Source: Eledone cirrhosa (lineage: Eukaryota). From it: 64,000 nucleotides of DNA. A program made the translations under genes and the position numbers. Below, piece by piece: positions 14,723-26,904 of the stretch. The stretch is from NCBI GenBank assembly GCA_964016885.1, contig OZ024741.1:283774001-283838000 (forward strand). The letters are read 5' to 3'. Below the pieces are notes generated by a model. That model did no database searches. It was not told where the DNA came from and saw only the letters and a program-made list of their open reading frames with translations. Position 1 is the first letter of the stretch. The number at the start of each line of letters is the position of its first letter.

Positions 14723-15339
14723 TATACATACATATATATAGAATAGAATTAGAATTTAGCTTCGAGCATAGCTGTATACAAATATGTATTTGAATTTGGT
14801 ATTTCTAAAGAAATATGGTATGTTTATAAATAAACGTTTAGAAAGCCATAACTTTGAATAACCCACTGGCAGTTAACGCCAACAGACAGTGCCCGGTAGA
14901 AGCAAGGGGGGCAATGACATCTGATCTCTCTTATGCCTAATTTCTCACTTAGTTCATTTATGTACTTTCAGAACACCCTCCTCCACTGCTGATTTCATCA
15001 CCCAGGTAACAGAAAGTGTCGACTGTTTCTATAGAATCATCTAGGCAATTGAAGAAGCAAGTATCCTGTAGGCATTTGCTACTTACTGCACCTGAGCATC
15101 AACCATATATAAGACCTACAATTTTTTTATAGCCTGATTGAGATCCCACAACATCTTTTATGAACCCATAGCTTGCATTTGGAACAACCAATTGCTTACT
15201 CCCTACTAACACAAACACCAATAGAAAAATAAGTTGGTTCTCACCCTCTTGTCACTCTAATGTTAAATGTTAAACCTAATGTTAGTAAAAGATTTTTAGC
15301 TCCCTCAGATAGACACTTCCCCATTGGTCATAAATATCG

Positions 15340-16070
15340 CTCCATCTATAATAGACACAGGGTGAAACCAGGATATCCTCTGCTAAGAATATGAAGGCCC
15401 ACATTACCAACAACCCTAAGAGCAGTACCCCACCAGGATGCTTTTGCTTAAAGCCTGAAGCTTGTCTTCTTCAACAACAATGTAACACACCTGCTGTAAG
15501 TTACGAAGCTATGGTCACTTCTAACTGACCAAATCACAAACAAAAGGTCAAATCCTACGTAGGTATGGTGGAGGGACGGTTTAAAGATCACTTTCTGAAT
15601 CATCTGTCGACATTCAGATACCCGGACGAACGATCGTCCACAGAGTTCGCGAGTCACATATGTTCCCTTAAGGATGCAAGCGTGGATTACTTCATTCAAT
15701 GGAAAGTTATTACTAAGTCTCAACCATAGGGAATCTGTCTTGTGGGTTGTGCATTGAAGATTGAAGAAAGTATCAATATCCTGAGGAGTTTGCATAATAG
15801 CGCTTGTCTAAATTCAAGGAATGAGCTTTTCTCACATTCTCTGCACATTTGGAAAGACCTATTACGTAATTACAAAGCTCCAGACTGACTAACATGAATA
15901 ATCTATTATATCCTGGACTATTATTATTCTGAGTCTCCACAGTAATCTCCCTAACACTGATCTGCGGTGGGTCACTTCCCCTTTGGGAAGTGACCTCTTC
16001 TGCACATGCGTATTCGTACAATTGTTTTTCCTTTTCCATACAATCTTATTTAAATAGAGCTGATTATCCA
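15340..16070 (-). mobile_element. Highly decayed PLE (Naiad-like) endonuclease-region relic
   Basis: Weak, frameshifted resemblance to the C-terminal region of the Naiad copies in this window. Confidence 0.4.
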
Positions 16071-16120
16071 ACTAAGGTGAAACAATTGTTCTCGGAAATG
16101 GTGAATTAACTGTTGTGAAA

Positions 16121-16205
<85 letters not shown>

Positions 16206-16339
16206 GTGTTGAACGATATTCAATGATTATGTCAAAGAGTGAGTTTTACAGTAGGCTGGAAGCACTCAACGGATAAATAATTTTCTGGAGTTATTAATAT
16301 TAAAATATAAATATTAATAAAATTCTTTTGATCAATTAC

Positions 16340-16392
16340 ATTTTATTATACATATTTCGGATGTACAACAGTACGTCCTCATCAGACAAAAT
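16340..16392 (-). ncRNA. Minimal type-I hammerhead ribozyme in a probable PLE 3' remnant (~16200-17130)
   Basis: Minus strand: attttgt-CTGATGA-ggacgtac(tgtt)gtacatcc-GAAA-tatgta-TA-ataaaat. Confidence 0.75.
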
Positions 16393-17139
16393 ATAATGAT
16401 ACATGACATACCCTGAGATGTTAAATGGTTAAGATTTAATCAAAGTAGTGATTAACCCAAGAAAACATTTTACTTATATAGCCTAATTATGAGAAAAACG
16501 TAATAAATTCATTAGAGAATGTGTGAGTAAGAAAAAACGTTGCATACTGTAATTGTTCTAAAGGTTTTAAAATGTATGATACTACGATATATCTAGGAAA
16601 ACGTCTCATGAATCATAACAGCCAGTGATAGCCACTGGAAAAGGATTTATAAAGAGGGAAAGATAAAGGGGAGGGGGGTGGTATATGCAGAAGGAGATTT
16701 TTTTCCGAAAGTTAAACGGTTAAATTTGAAAATATTTAATTTATAATATTAGGGTGAAGACTCCAGATTTCAGGATTATTTGCTGGTTATTTATATATTA
16801 TTTTTATAAATTGGATAAGTGTGTTATCAATTCTAAACTTCTGAATTTTATGAGGGGACTGGGAGAATTTTTGGTAATGTTTATCTATATTTTTTTCTTC
16901 AAACTTACATTTTAGACTCAGCTCCATTTAATTGATTATTTGTCTTGTTAATTTCTACGGACTAAGAGGAAAGACACAGAGGAATATCGATAACATTTAT
17001 CTATTATTTCTTCAAAGTTACATTTTAAACTTAGCTCCGTTTAAGTGATTATTTATCTGGTTGATTTCTACGGACTAAGGTGTAAGAAATTGAATAGATT
17101 TTGTCTGACTATTCTTCAAACTTATAATTATACACACAT

Positions 17140-17170
<31 letters not shown>

Positions 17171-18037
17171 AGTAGTTATATATATAGTAATTTTAATTTT
17201 ATTTCATAAATACATTACAAATCGTTTGCAATTCTGTCAGAATGAAAATATAAACAGACCATATAAATAAATTTACAGTAGAATAACATAACAAATAAGT
17301 TTTAAATATATACATAAATAACATTACAAATGCTTAGACAACATTATATATAGCACGCGATTCTTTCAGAAAGATATATTCCTTTAATGTTACAAAATGT
17401 AAAGGAAGGGGTGAACAACGGAGCCAACACCAGAGTAAAAGACAGCAACGTCACGAGTACTGGGCAACTCTCTAATGATTTTTGAGGCAAGCCAGCACAC
17501 TCGCAGCGTTGCCTCGGGTGATGGCGAGGCTGATGCGCTGAAACAGCTAAGCACCCACGCGAGATTTGCCAGTTACCTCTATTAGGTGAGCCACCAGTAT
17601 ATATGAAATTTTCTTCATGAAAAAAATCTTCCATACATGTGAGCTTCTTCTTTGTTAGGAATCATCATTATTATTATAAATAATAATAATGATGATTCCT
17701 AACCAAGAAATAAAGTACCAGTAATGCACTGGGTAATTGCTGGCCTTGTGCCTAAAGTAGAAACAATTATTATAAATAATAATAAAGAAATCATTATTTA
17801 ACATCATCCTCCTTTCCAATAAGTGTTAGATAGGTTGTCACATACCAAAACATTAGTTATTCTTTTAAAAATACCATGTTTTTCTAGACACCACCAACTA
17901 TGAGGAATTAATTTCTGTTGATGTTTTGCAGGTTTTGGGAGATTAACATTAATATTGGGTTCCTGTTTTACATTGTTGAGAACTGATTTCTTGCCATATA
18001 TACCTTCCTTGCCAGAAAACGAATGACATTTACTTAC

Positions 18038-18122
18038 TTTTAATAATCCATTGACAGTATTTATCTACCTGATGAATAGTGTAATTGTAGAGATAGTTGT
18101 TCTCAAACCAGACAAATTCAAT
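18038..18122 (-). CDS. Host gene exon (second half of PLAT-like repeat 4)
   Basis: ttctctAG / GTAAGT, phase 0-1, IEFVWFENNYLYNYTIHQVDKYCQWIIK. Confidence 0.8.
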
Positions 18123-19632
18123 CTAGAGAAAAAGAAATGGTTCATTATATTTACTTTATTTTACTTGATAGATCTTGAGAATGAGATAGTGCTTTCGGGC
18201 CTTCATGGGTCACCACTGACAGGAATATAGTAACATAAAAATAAAAATAAATTTTAAATAGGTACACAGGCCTAGCTGTGTCATTAAGGAGTTTTCTTTG
18301 CAGCCATGTGGGTCCAAGTTCAATCATACTGCATGGCAACTATAGTCTTCAACTCATCTCTGGATTGATTAATGTCTTGTGAGAGGAATTTCATAGATGG
18401 AAACTTCAGAAGCTCAGCGTATATATATAGCTAATGGTTCACAGCACCTAGCTGGGAGATACAATATTTGATTCCTTATAATGGCCAATGACAACTTTTT
18501 CTGTTTTTAAGGGTCTATTTTCTAAGCTATTCTATAGCATCTCCGAGCATGGACACACACCTGCTTATATTAACTTTATCCCCTCAGTGCTTCATAAAAT
18601 TCCAAGAGATTGGCTCTATATATGTATGTATGTATGTGTGTATGTGTGTGTGTGTACATCAGCATCAACATCTTCGTCACCATCATCATTGTTTAGCAAC
18701 TGTCATACTGCCTAGCAAGTGTTAGAGGTTCTTCACTGACCGAGTCAGTACTCAAGCAGATTTACTGTCCTCTCTGATGGGCGAGGGGTCTACATCTCAC
18801 TTACATATACTCCCTGTATATATGTGTGTGTATGCATAAGTATATCAATATATATAAATCAGGTAAAATACCCCTGCTATTTAGTATAGCACAATAAATT
18901 AGACAGAATTATAAGTGTGTGTGAGTGTACATTTCTATTTCCATCCCATAACTCAATAGCTTGACAAAATAAGTACCAGGCTTCAATAGGAGTCAACATG
19001 GTTTATTTAAAAAGGCTGTCTCAGCATGACTAGAGTCTAATAACTGAAACTAGTAAATGAATAAAGAGTGCAGTGGGTGCATTTTATCATGCCACCAGCA
19101 CTTACACTTTACAGAGTGAACTGTGTGCATTGCATTGTGGCACCATGTGGAACCCCACTGGCAATTTACAGAGTATAGTCCCATAACTCCTGATAGAGTC
19201 GTAGGGGCACCACATCAACATACGGCACATCAAGGTCATTTTAAAACCTGGCAGAGCCCAATCCTTTCCAGGTCAGAATACAGATTTCCTCCAGAGAGGA
19301 AAGATAGAGAGTGAGAGAATGGAAGTGAGAAAGAGATATAGAGGAAGAATCAACCCCTGTACTAGACTAGTACTTTTTTATCGACCTCAAATGAAGGAAA
19401 GGTAAAGTTGACCTCAGTGGGATTTGAACTCAGAGAGTAGAGAGCAGAAACAAATACAGCAAAGCATTCCATTCAATGTTCTATTGACTCTGCCAATTTG
19501 CTGCCTTCAATTTACAGAGTATACTGGGTGCATTTTTATAAGATTGACTAAAACCCTTGACAAGCCACAGTCCAGCATGGTTGCAGTCCAATGTTTGAAA
19601 TAAAGAAAGGTATATAAGGAAGATCCACTTAC

Positions 19633-19826
19633 TTTGACTTGGTCACATATATTTTCTGGAGATATTTGAATATATAATCTGTTATGGTGATAACTGTATG
19701 GATTACAGTACACATCTAGTATCACACCATTTAAATTAGCTGGACCATATGAAACAATCCAACCATTTATATTAAAATTCAGAATTGTGTCATTCTGGTG
19801 GATGTTAGTTATTCGTGCTAAATAGG
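19633..19826 (-). CDS. Host gene exon (first half of divergent PLAT-like repeat 4)
   Basis: tttcAG / GTAAGT, phase 1-0, YLARITNIHQNDTILNFNINGW..ISPENICDQVK. Confidence 0.8.
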
Positions 19827-20335
19827 CTGAAAGAAAATTGTTTAAAATAAACCTATGAATGTATGGGCCTGTAACTCCTGATGGAATCATTAAGGTTCTG
19901 TCTTGGGAACATTAAATGAGCTAATTATTTTCCAGGGAATGAGACAGAGAGAGTAAAAGAAAGAAAGTGGAAAAGAATCAACCACAATACTGAACTGGAA
20001 ATTTTTTTTTTTTTTTTTTTTTCAACTTATTCATTTCAGTGGGATTTGGATTCAGAGACCACAGTAAGCTGGAACAAATACTACAAAGCATTCTATCCAG
20101 TGTTAATGACTTTGCCAATTCACTGCCAAGTATAAAAGAAACCTAAAAGACTAGTAAATAAATATGCAAATAAAGCATTTTAGAAAATCTAGAAAACTAA
20201 CAACAGAATCAAATTTGTTGCAGTAACTTTAGATTAAATTATTCTTTTAGTTTATATTTTATAATATGAGAACTATATTAAGATTACAAGTGTCTGTGGA
20301 ATGCTCAGTTTCTTACATTATAATTGTTACTACTG

Positions 20336-20710
20336 GCGGTGGATTGGCAGTATCGGAAGAGGGTCGGACACCATGCTTTGACGCATGGAGTTACGGCCCT
20401 TGCCATTCTGATTTCAAATCCTGCCGAGGTTAACTTTGCCTTTCATCCTTACGGGGGTCGATAAAATAAAGTACCAGTAATGTACTGGGATAATTGTTGG
20501 CCTTGTGCCAAAAGTAGAAACAATTATAATTGTTACTACTTTTGGCACAAGGCCAGCAATTTAATCAGTGCATTACTGGTACTTTATTTTATCGACCCTG
20601 TAAGGATGAAAGGCAAGTTAACCGTGGCGGGATTTGAACTCAGACCATAAAGGGAGGTAACTCTATGCTTCAAAGCATGGTGTCCGACCCTCTACCGATA
20701 CTGCCAATCA
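20336..20710. mobile_element. Two SINE copies joined tail-to-tail (inverted pair)
   Basis: 20336-20529 (+) and 20530-20710 (-) share the GCCTTTCATCCTT..GGGTCGATAAAATAAAGTACC core (Meta-domain-like); same-family fragments at ~17706, 26095, 49287, 55958. Confidence 0.8.
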
Positions 20711-21027
20711 TTATAATGCAAAATGGATTGTACTAAATCTCCCTGAGAACTACATTAAATGTACACGGGTCTGTGTAATTCTCAGCCACTAAAATACAAG
20801 ATAGATTGTACCTGTAATTCAAGGGACAGCCTTGTTACACATGGTGTCATGTTGAATCATCCCGAGAACTACATTAGGGGTGCATATATCTGTGGAATTC
20901 ACACCCACTTCATGTTAATTACATGAGCTGGCTGTTCCATAGATAGAATAACTGGAACACTTTCCATTAGGAATGACAGCTTTGACACACACACACAATC
21001 ATGTAAAAAACAAAGTAGGCAAAATAA

Positions 21028-21906
21028 AGTATGAGTACAGTATAAACATGAGTATAGTATAAATATGAGTACAATGATACTATGAGTACAGTGATAGTAT
21101 GGGTGCAGTTATAGTATGAGTACAGTGATAGTATCAGTACAGTAATGACCTGAGAACAGTGATATTATGAGTGCAGTGATAGTATGAGTACAGTGATAGT
21201 ATGAGTACAGTGATGGCATGAGTACAGTGATAGTATGAGTACAGTGATAGTATGAGTACAGTAATGGCATGAGTACAGTAATGGCATGAGTACAGTGATA
21301 GTATGTGTACAGTGATGGCATGAGTACAGTAATGGCATGAGTACAGTGATGGCATGAGTACAGTGATGGCATGAGTACAGTGATAGTATGAGTACAGTGA
21401 TGGCATGAGTACAGTGATAGTATGAGTACAGTGATAGTATAAGTGCAGTGATAGTATGAGTACAGTGATAGTATGAGTGCAGTGATAGTATGAGTACAGT
21501 GATAGTATGAGTGCAGTGATAGTATGAGTGCAGTGATAGTATGAGTGCAGTGATAGCATGAGTACAGTGATAGTATGAGTACAGCAATAGCATGAGTACA
21601 GTGATAGTATGAGTGCAGTAATGGCATGAGTACAGTGATGGCATGAGTACAGTGATAGTATGAGTACAGCGATAGCATGAGTACAGTGATGGCATGAGTA
21701 CAGTGATAGTATGAGTACAGCGATAGCATGAGTACAGTGATGGCATGAGTACAACGATAGCATGAGTACAGTGATAGTATGAGAGCAGTGGTAGCGTGAG
21801 TACAGTGATAGTATGAGTACAGTTGTAGCATGAGTACAGTGATAGCATGAGTACAGTGATAGTATAAGTACAGTTGTAGCATGAGTACAGTGATAGCATG
21901 AGTACA
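21028..21906. repeat. 17-bp minisatellite (AGTACAGTGATAGTATG), ~50 copies
   Basis: Direct tandem repeat; gives the same cyclic peptide in all three minus frames. Confidence 0.95.
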
Positions 21907-21916
21907 ATTAATTTAC

Positions 21917-22003
21917 CTGTTTTTACATTCATTGAATGCAATTTGTTAATTGTGCAACCAACATCAGAGCAATTATCAAAAACATGTCGAAATTCTGGAA
22001 GAC
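21917..22003 (-). CDS. Host gene linker exon
   Basis: caacAG / GTAAAT, phase 1-1, LPEFRHVFDNCSDVGCTINKLHSMNVKT; an alternative in-frame acceptor at 21994 is possible. Confidence 0.7.
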
Positions 22004-23461
22004 CTGTTGGACACCACCAAATATGTAGAGAAAGAAATAAAGACATATATAGAGAAATAGAACTAAAATAGCAAAATAAAGTGGATTCAATAGAGAGCAT
22101 GGATCTCTCTCTCTCTGCATATGTATGCATCATTTCTTTCTCTTTCCCTGTCCACACTTATATAATACAATACACTTTCTATACTACTATACTCGATACA
22201 TTAATAAATATTACCATCACTATATTATATTCAACCTCATGATACAATACTTCTGCTATGGTATATGAACACAAACACATGGTTTTGATATCATAATTTA
22301 TATTTACATCTTAGTTATTTCCATTTGTTTTATGGCATTATCTTTTGTAAACATGCGTTCTTAGCAAAATTTACTTTTAATGGTATCTTAAAAACTCATA
22401 TTGTCGCCTGAAGAAAAGTCAACCAATGCTAGCATGGAAAAATGGACGTTAAATGATGATGATGATGATGATGCTGATATATATATATAGGAATGGAGTT
22501 TAGTGAGGAATTCCAGATACAAGTAGAAGTGCATCAGGGTTCAGCCCTCAGCCCACTCTTATTTATTATAGTCCTCCAAGCCATAACAGGGGAGTTTAAG
22601 ACTGGCTGGTCCATGGGAACTTCTCTATGACATGTATGTGTGCATTGTCTATAGTTGTGTATACCAGTGAATATGCCAAAAGGTAACTTTCCTATATGAT
22701 ATGATATGTAGAGATAAATCGAATAAAATCCAGGCAGAAAAAAGTACTGTGTGTCAATTTGATCAAGTAAAAGAGTGCCTCAGCTGAAATCAGTAGAAAA
22801 TTAGAAAAATTATGATTTAAGGCGGTGATTCCCAGCTTGTGGTTCCCAAACCACTGGATGTCCATGATCTTAATGAGGTAGATAGATTTTTTAAAAGCCT
22901 AGGATCTATGGGAAAATATATTTAGATGAATAGGGTCCCTGAGTAGTAAAGCCGCTAGTTTACAGTTTTGTTGGAAATAATGAAACTACTTGAAAAAATA
23001 ATATTTGGCATGGTTGCATGGTTAAGGAGTTTTCTTTGCAACCAAATGGTTTCTGGGTTCAGTTCTTCTGTGCAGGACCTTGTGCAAGTGTCTTCTACTA
23101 TAAACAGTCTTGGGTTGACCATTGCTTTGTGAGCGGAATTTGGTAGACAGAAACTGCAAAAGCCTATTGTATTATATACATATATATGTGTGTTTGTGTT
23201 TGTGAGTGTGTGTGTGTTTATGTTTGTGAGTGTATGTGTGTGTGTATTTGTGTGTGTGTGTGAGTATCTGTGTCAGTGTTTATGTCCTGTAACTTAGTGG
23301 CTTGACAAAAAAAAAAGAATTTGATAAAATAAGTACTGACTTATTTTATGCTGGAGTCAATATGATTGACTGAGTCAAGATGGTGCCTCAGTATGGCCAG
23401 AGTCTAATGATAAAAACAGAATTTTAAAATCAAAGAATATAAGAATGCTTTTGTTACTTAC

Positions 23462-23555
23462 TTTGACAAGGAAGATAAAAAGCTCTACTGTAATACCCAA
23501 TTGCTGTGAAGTTGTATACCAGGTCTTCCTTTAGAGTTAGGCTCAAATGGAACCC
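23462..23555 (-). CDS. Host gene exon (second half of PLAT-like repeat 3)
   Basis: cctAG / GTAAGT, phase 0-1, GFHLSLTLKEDLVYNFTAIGYYSRAFYLPCQ. Confidence 0.78.
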
Positions 23556-24949
23556 CTAGGTAGATAAGATAAGTTTCTTAATTAATTGAATCCTAAATCT
23601 TTGGATTGTCTTCTTACATGGGTACAAGGTCTTGGATTTAAGTATGTCAATAGGTAAGGCATTTCACAAATGAGAAGAATTGCTGTAAAGTGGCTGGAGA
23701 TAGGAATGACATCCAGCTGTAGAAAACTGGTAAAGCAAAGGGTCAAGAGGACTCCCTAGTGTTGGTGATTTTCACAATAAATGCACTCAATACACTCTGC
23801 AAAGTGGCTGGTGATAGGAAGAACATTGAACTCAAGAGAACCTGCCAAACAAAGGTCAAGAGGATTCATCAACTGTGTCAAAGACATGACAACTTCCTAA
23901 GTTTTGGTGATTTACATGATAAATGCACCCAGTACACTCTGTAAATTGGTTGGTGACAGGAAAGGCATCGAGCTGTAGAAAACTTGCCAAACAAAAAGTT
24001 GAGAGAACTCTTCTGCTAACCTCCTTAGTATTGGTGATTTACACTATAAATGCACTCAGTACATTCTGTAAAGTGATAGGTGTAAGGAAGGGCAGCCAGC
24101 TGTAGAAATTCGGCAAAACAAACAGGCAGGAGACATTTCAGCTGTGTCAAAGGCATGACAAACCCCTAGTGCTGATGTCGTGATAAAAAGCACTTAGTGG
24201 TGCACTGATTCATATAGAAGCAAGTTGTGGGCTGTTGTTGGCTTGTCTGAGCATGCAGTAAGGGGAAAAAACGTATGTGAGATGTAGGTTCCTGGTTTTC
24301 TGTGGAGTCAGTAGCTCAGCTTTGAGTTCTAGCCTAGTTAGCTGAAAACTGGCCCAACTGTTATTAGCAGAGAAAGCAGACTTTAAACAGTGATAATTAT
24401 GTTGATGTAATAACTGGGCACCAGATCAGCTCTAATCCAATAGACCTATGATAAAAGTTGTTCCATTTGTGACCATTGTATCTTCTTTTCAGAATGACTC
24501 ATTATTCAATGCATCTTTTTTTAAAGAGAGAAGAATATAATTTAATCCCTTTGATACAAACCCACCCAAAAACATATTTGTCATCAATTCAATGTTGTCA
24601 AATCTGGAATTGTATGTATAGCCATGTAACTCCTTAAACCTGCTGGAGCCCATCTCCTCACCAATTCAGAACACAGTTGATTTCTTCCAGAAAAAGGTGA
24701 GAGAGGGATAGAGAAGTAAAAAAGAGATATAGAAGAAGAACTAAGCCTAGTACTGAATTTGTATAAAGGTTTTCAAATGGCTGACAGGATTACAGTTTCA
24801 TCAAATGGATCAAAACTCATAGAATAAAACATTCTTTCTAAAAGATGAAATGGCTAATCAAATAAGTAAGAGAACTAACAGCTCATATTTTGCGAATTCA
24901 AAGTTTTATAGTATATTTTCACCTTTAACACTACTCGAAAATAAAAGAA

Positions 24950-25275
24950 CGGTGGAACTTGGGTTCACAAACTAATTCATTCCTGAAGGTTGTTTGTCGC
25001 CCAAAATTTTCGTAAATCCTAAACTATTTTTCCTATACAAAATGTTGAGAGAGAGACTGTGTCAGAAAGACAGATAAATATCACCATAGTAACTAACTAC
25101 ACAGCAAGTGACGCTTTCCTGCTGATACTCCCAGCCTGTTGCCAACCATTGTTGCCAGCTTTAATGTTCATTACTTGAGACACCATTCATCATCCAAGAC
25201 ATTTTATGTTTGGAAAAATTGTTCGTGAACCAATTTGTTCGTGGTGAGAGGCGTTTGTGAACCGAGGTTCCAGTG
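24950..25275. mobile_element. pogo/Tigger-like MITE
   Basis: Imperfect TIRs cggtggaacttgggttcacaaac / gtttgtgaaccgaggttccagtg, followed by TA. Confidence 0.6.
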
Positions 25276-25672
25276 TATATGCAGTCGAATAAAGGGACCA
25301 GTTGAAACTTCAAAGTCATTACCACTTTTCTACTTAGAAAATATAATTTACACTCTACTTACACATATTTGATGCTCCTCCAATTAATGTTTGAATGTTT
25401 TAAGTACAATGCTATTTTGAACACTTTTGGGTGATTTTTGTTGTGTCACCAGCACAACCACCTTACAGGGTGGACAGAGTGCCTTATATATATATATATA
25501 TATATAATATATATATCATGTGTATCCTGGTTTTTAGAATAGATATACTGTATCCTTGTATATCTTAAAGGAAGAGCATCTGACTGCAAAATATTGCCTC
25601 ACACCAACCTATTCAACCCATGCTAGCAGGAAAAAAAAACGGACATAAAAACGATGATTATCATGATATATA

Positions 25673-26028
25673 TCTATATTACTAAAACAGAGAATGTCTG
25701 TTTGTCCAATCACTAAAACTCGAGAACCACCCAACAGAGTTTTTTCAAACTTTACACATGTAATACTTATGGTCCCGTGAGTGTTTTGAGCAAAAGAAAT
25801 TTCAAATTTTCAATGCCCTAGGGACCGCATTAGGCGATTTAGCGATCTCTCGCTATAATTCTTAGTCTTTCTCTTTTTAGATAGAAACATAGATATAACG
25901 TTGCGCCATTATAATATCTGGCTGTCTGCATTACGTCATTATGACGTGGTGTGTGTGTGTGTGTTTATATGTACATATAGTTTACATATAGTATATATGT
26001 GTATATCTGTACATATAGTGTACATATA

Positions 26029-26079
<51 letters not shown>

Positions 26080-26662
26080 TGTACATATTTATATAATTGT
26101 TTCTACTTTTGGCACAAGGCCAGCAATTACCCAGTGCATTACTGGTACTTTATTTTATTGACCCCGAAAGGATGAAAAGCAAAGTTATCAGATTTGCTGG
26201 CCACTGTTGGCGCAGCAAGGAAGAAAAAACAGGTGATGTGTTGTTATGGAGTCCATCTCATGGAGCAAGAAACGCTGGTCGTACCAAGAAGACATACGTC
26301 AAGCAACTTGAGGGCGATACTAGATGCACTGCGGAAGAACTGACAAACGCTATGAGAGACAGAGATGGATGGAGGAAACGTGTCGTAGAAAGCCGAGCAA
26401 GCTCGACCTGATGATGATGATATATGATGTGTAACGTTTTTCAAAATATTTACTTCTGCGTTCACAGATTCTTTGCTTAAACTTTAATCTGTTATTTTAA
26501 TATATATAAATAATTATATATTCGTGTACAGATATTTTTGCATACACAATAACAAAATATAAAAAAATTTATTTACTTCACGAGGCTCGAGAAAGGTAAA
26601 TATATATCAAATATATAAGAACCCTAGAGCAAATCCCGAGCAACGCCGGGCCATTCTGCAAG
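25673..26662 (+). mobile_element. Non-autonomous Helitron carrying nested SINE and RTE fragments
   Basis: Starts A|TCTATATTACTAAAA..gtctgtttgtc; 3' hairpin CCCGAGCAACGCCGGG then CAAG|T (CTAG variant); inserts at 26095-26425. Confidence 0.65.
26187..26425 (+). mobile_element. RTE-clade LINE 3' fragment
   Basis: RFAGHCWR..GRTKKTY..AMRDRDGWRKRV then (TGA)n tail. Confidence 0.75.
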
Positions 26663-26904
26663 TATGTATATAAAATAAAATGTCTGTACGTATGTCCTGT
26701 TTTTCTGGAGAAAGCAATGTTTCTGTTGCATAGTCTCAAACAACAACAACAGTAACAAAAACATTAACAGACACAAAAACAGCAACATTAACAGGAACAA
26801 CAGTAGCAGCAACACCAACAGCAGAGTAACAGCAACAACAACATTAACAACAACAACTACAGTGGCAGCAACAACAGCAGTAACAACAACAACAACTCTC
26901 AGAG

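Noticed and set aside
21109-21907. His/Cys-rich 257-330 aa ORFs
   Set aside because: A stop-free 17-bp minisatellite open in all three frames; only 21917-22003 has splice support.
25363-25411. Possible extra host exon (GTAAGT donor)
   Set aside because: Its open frame is phase-incompatible with the neighbouring exons, which join directly.
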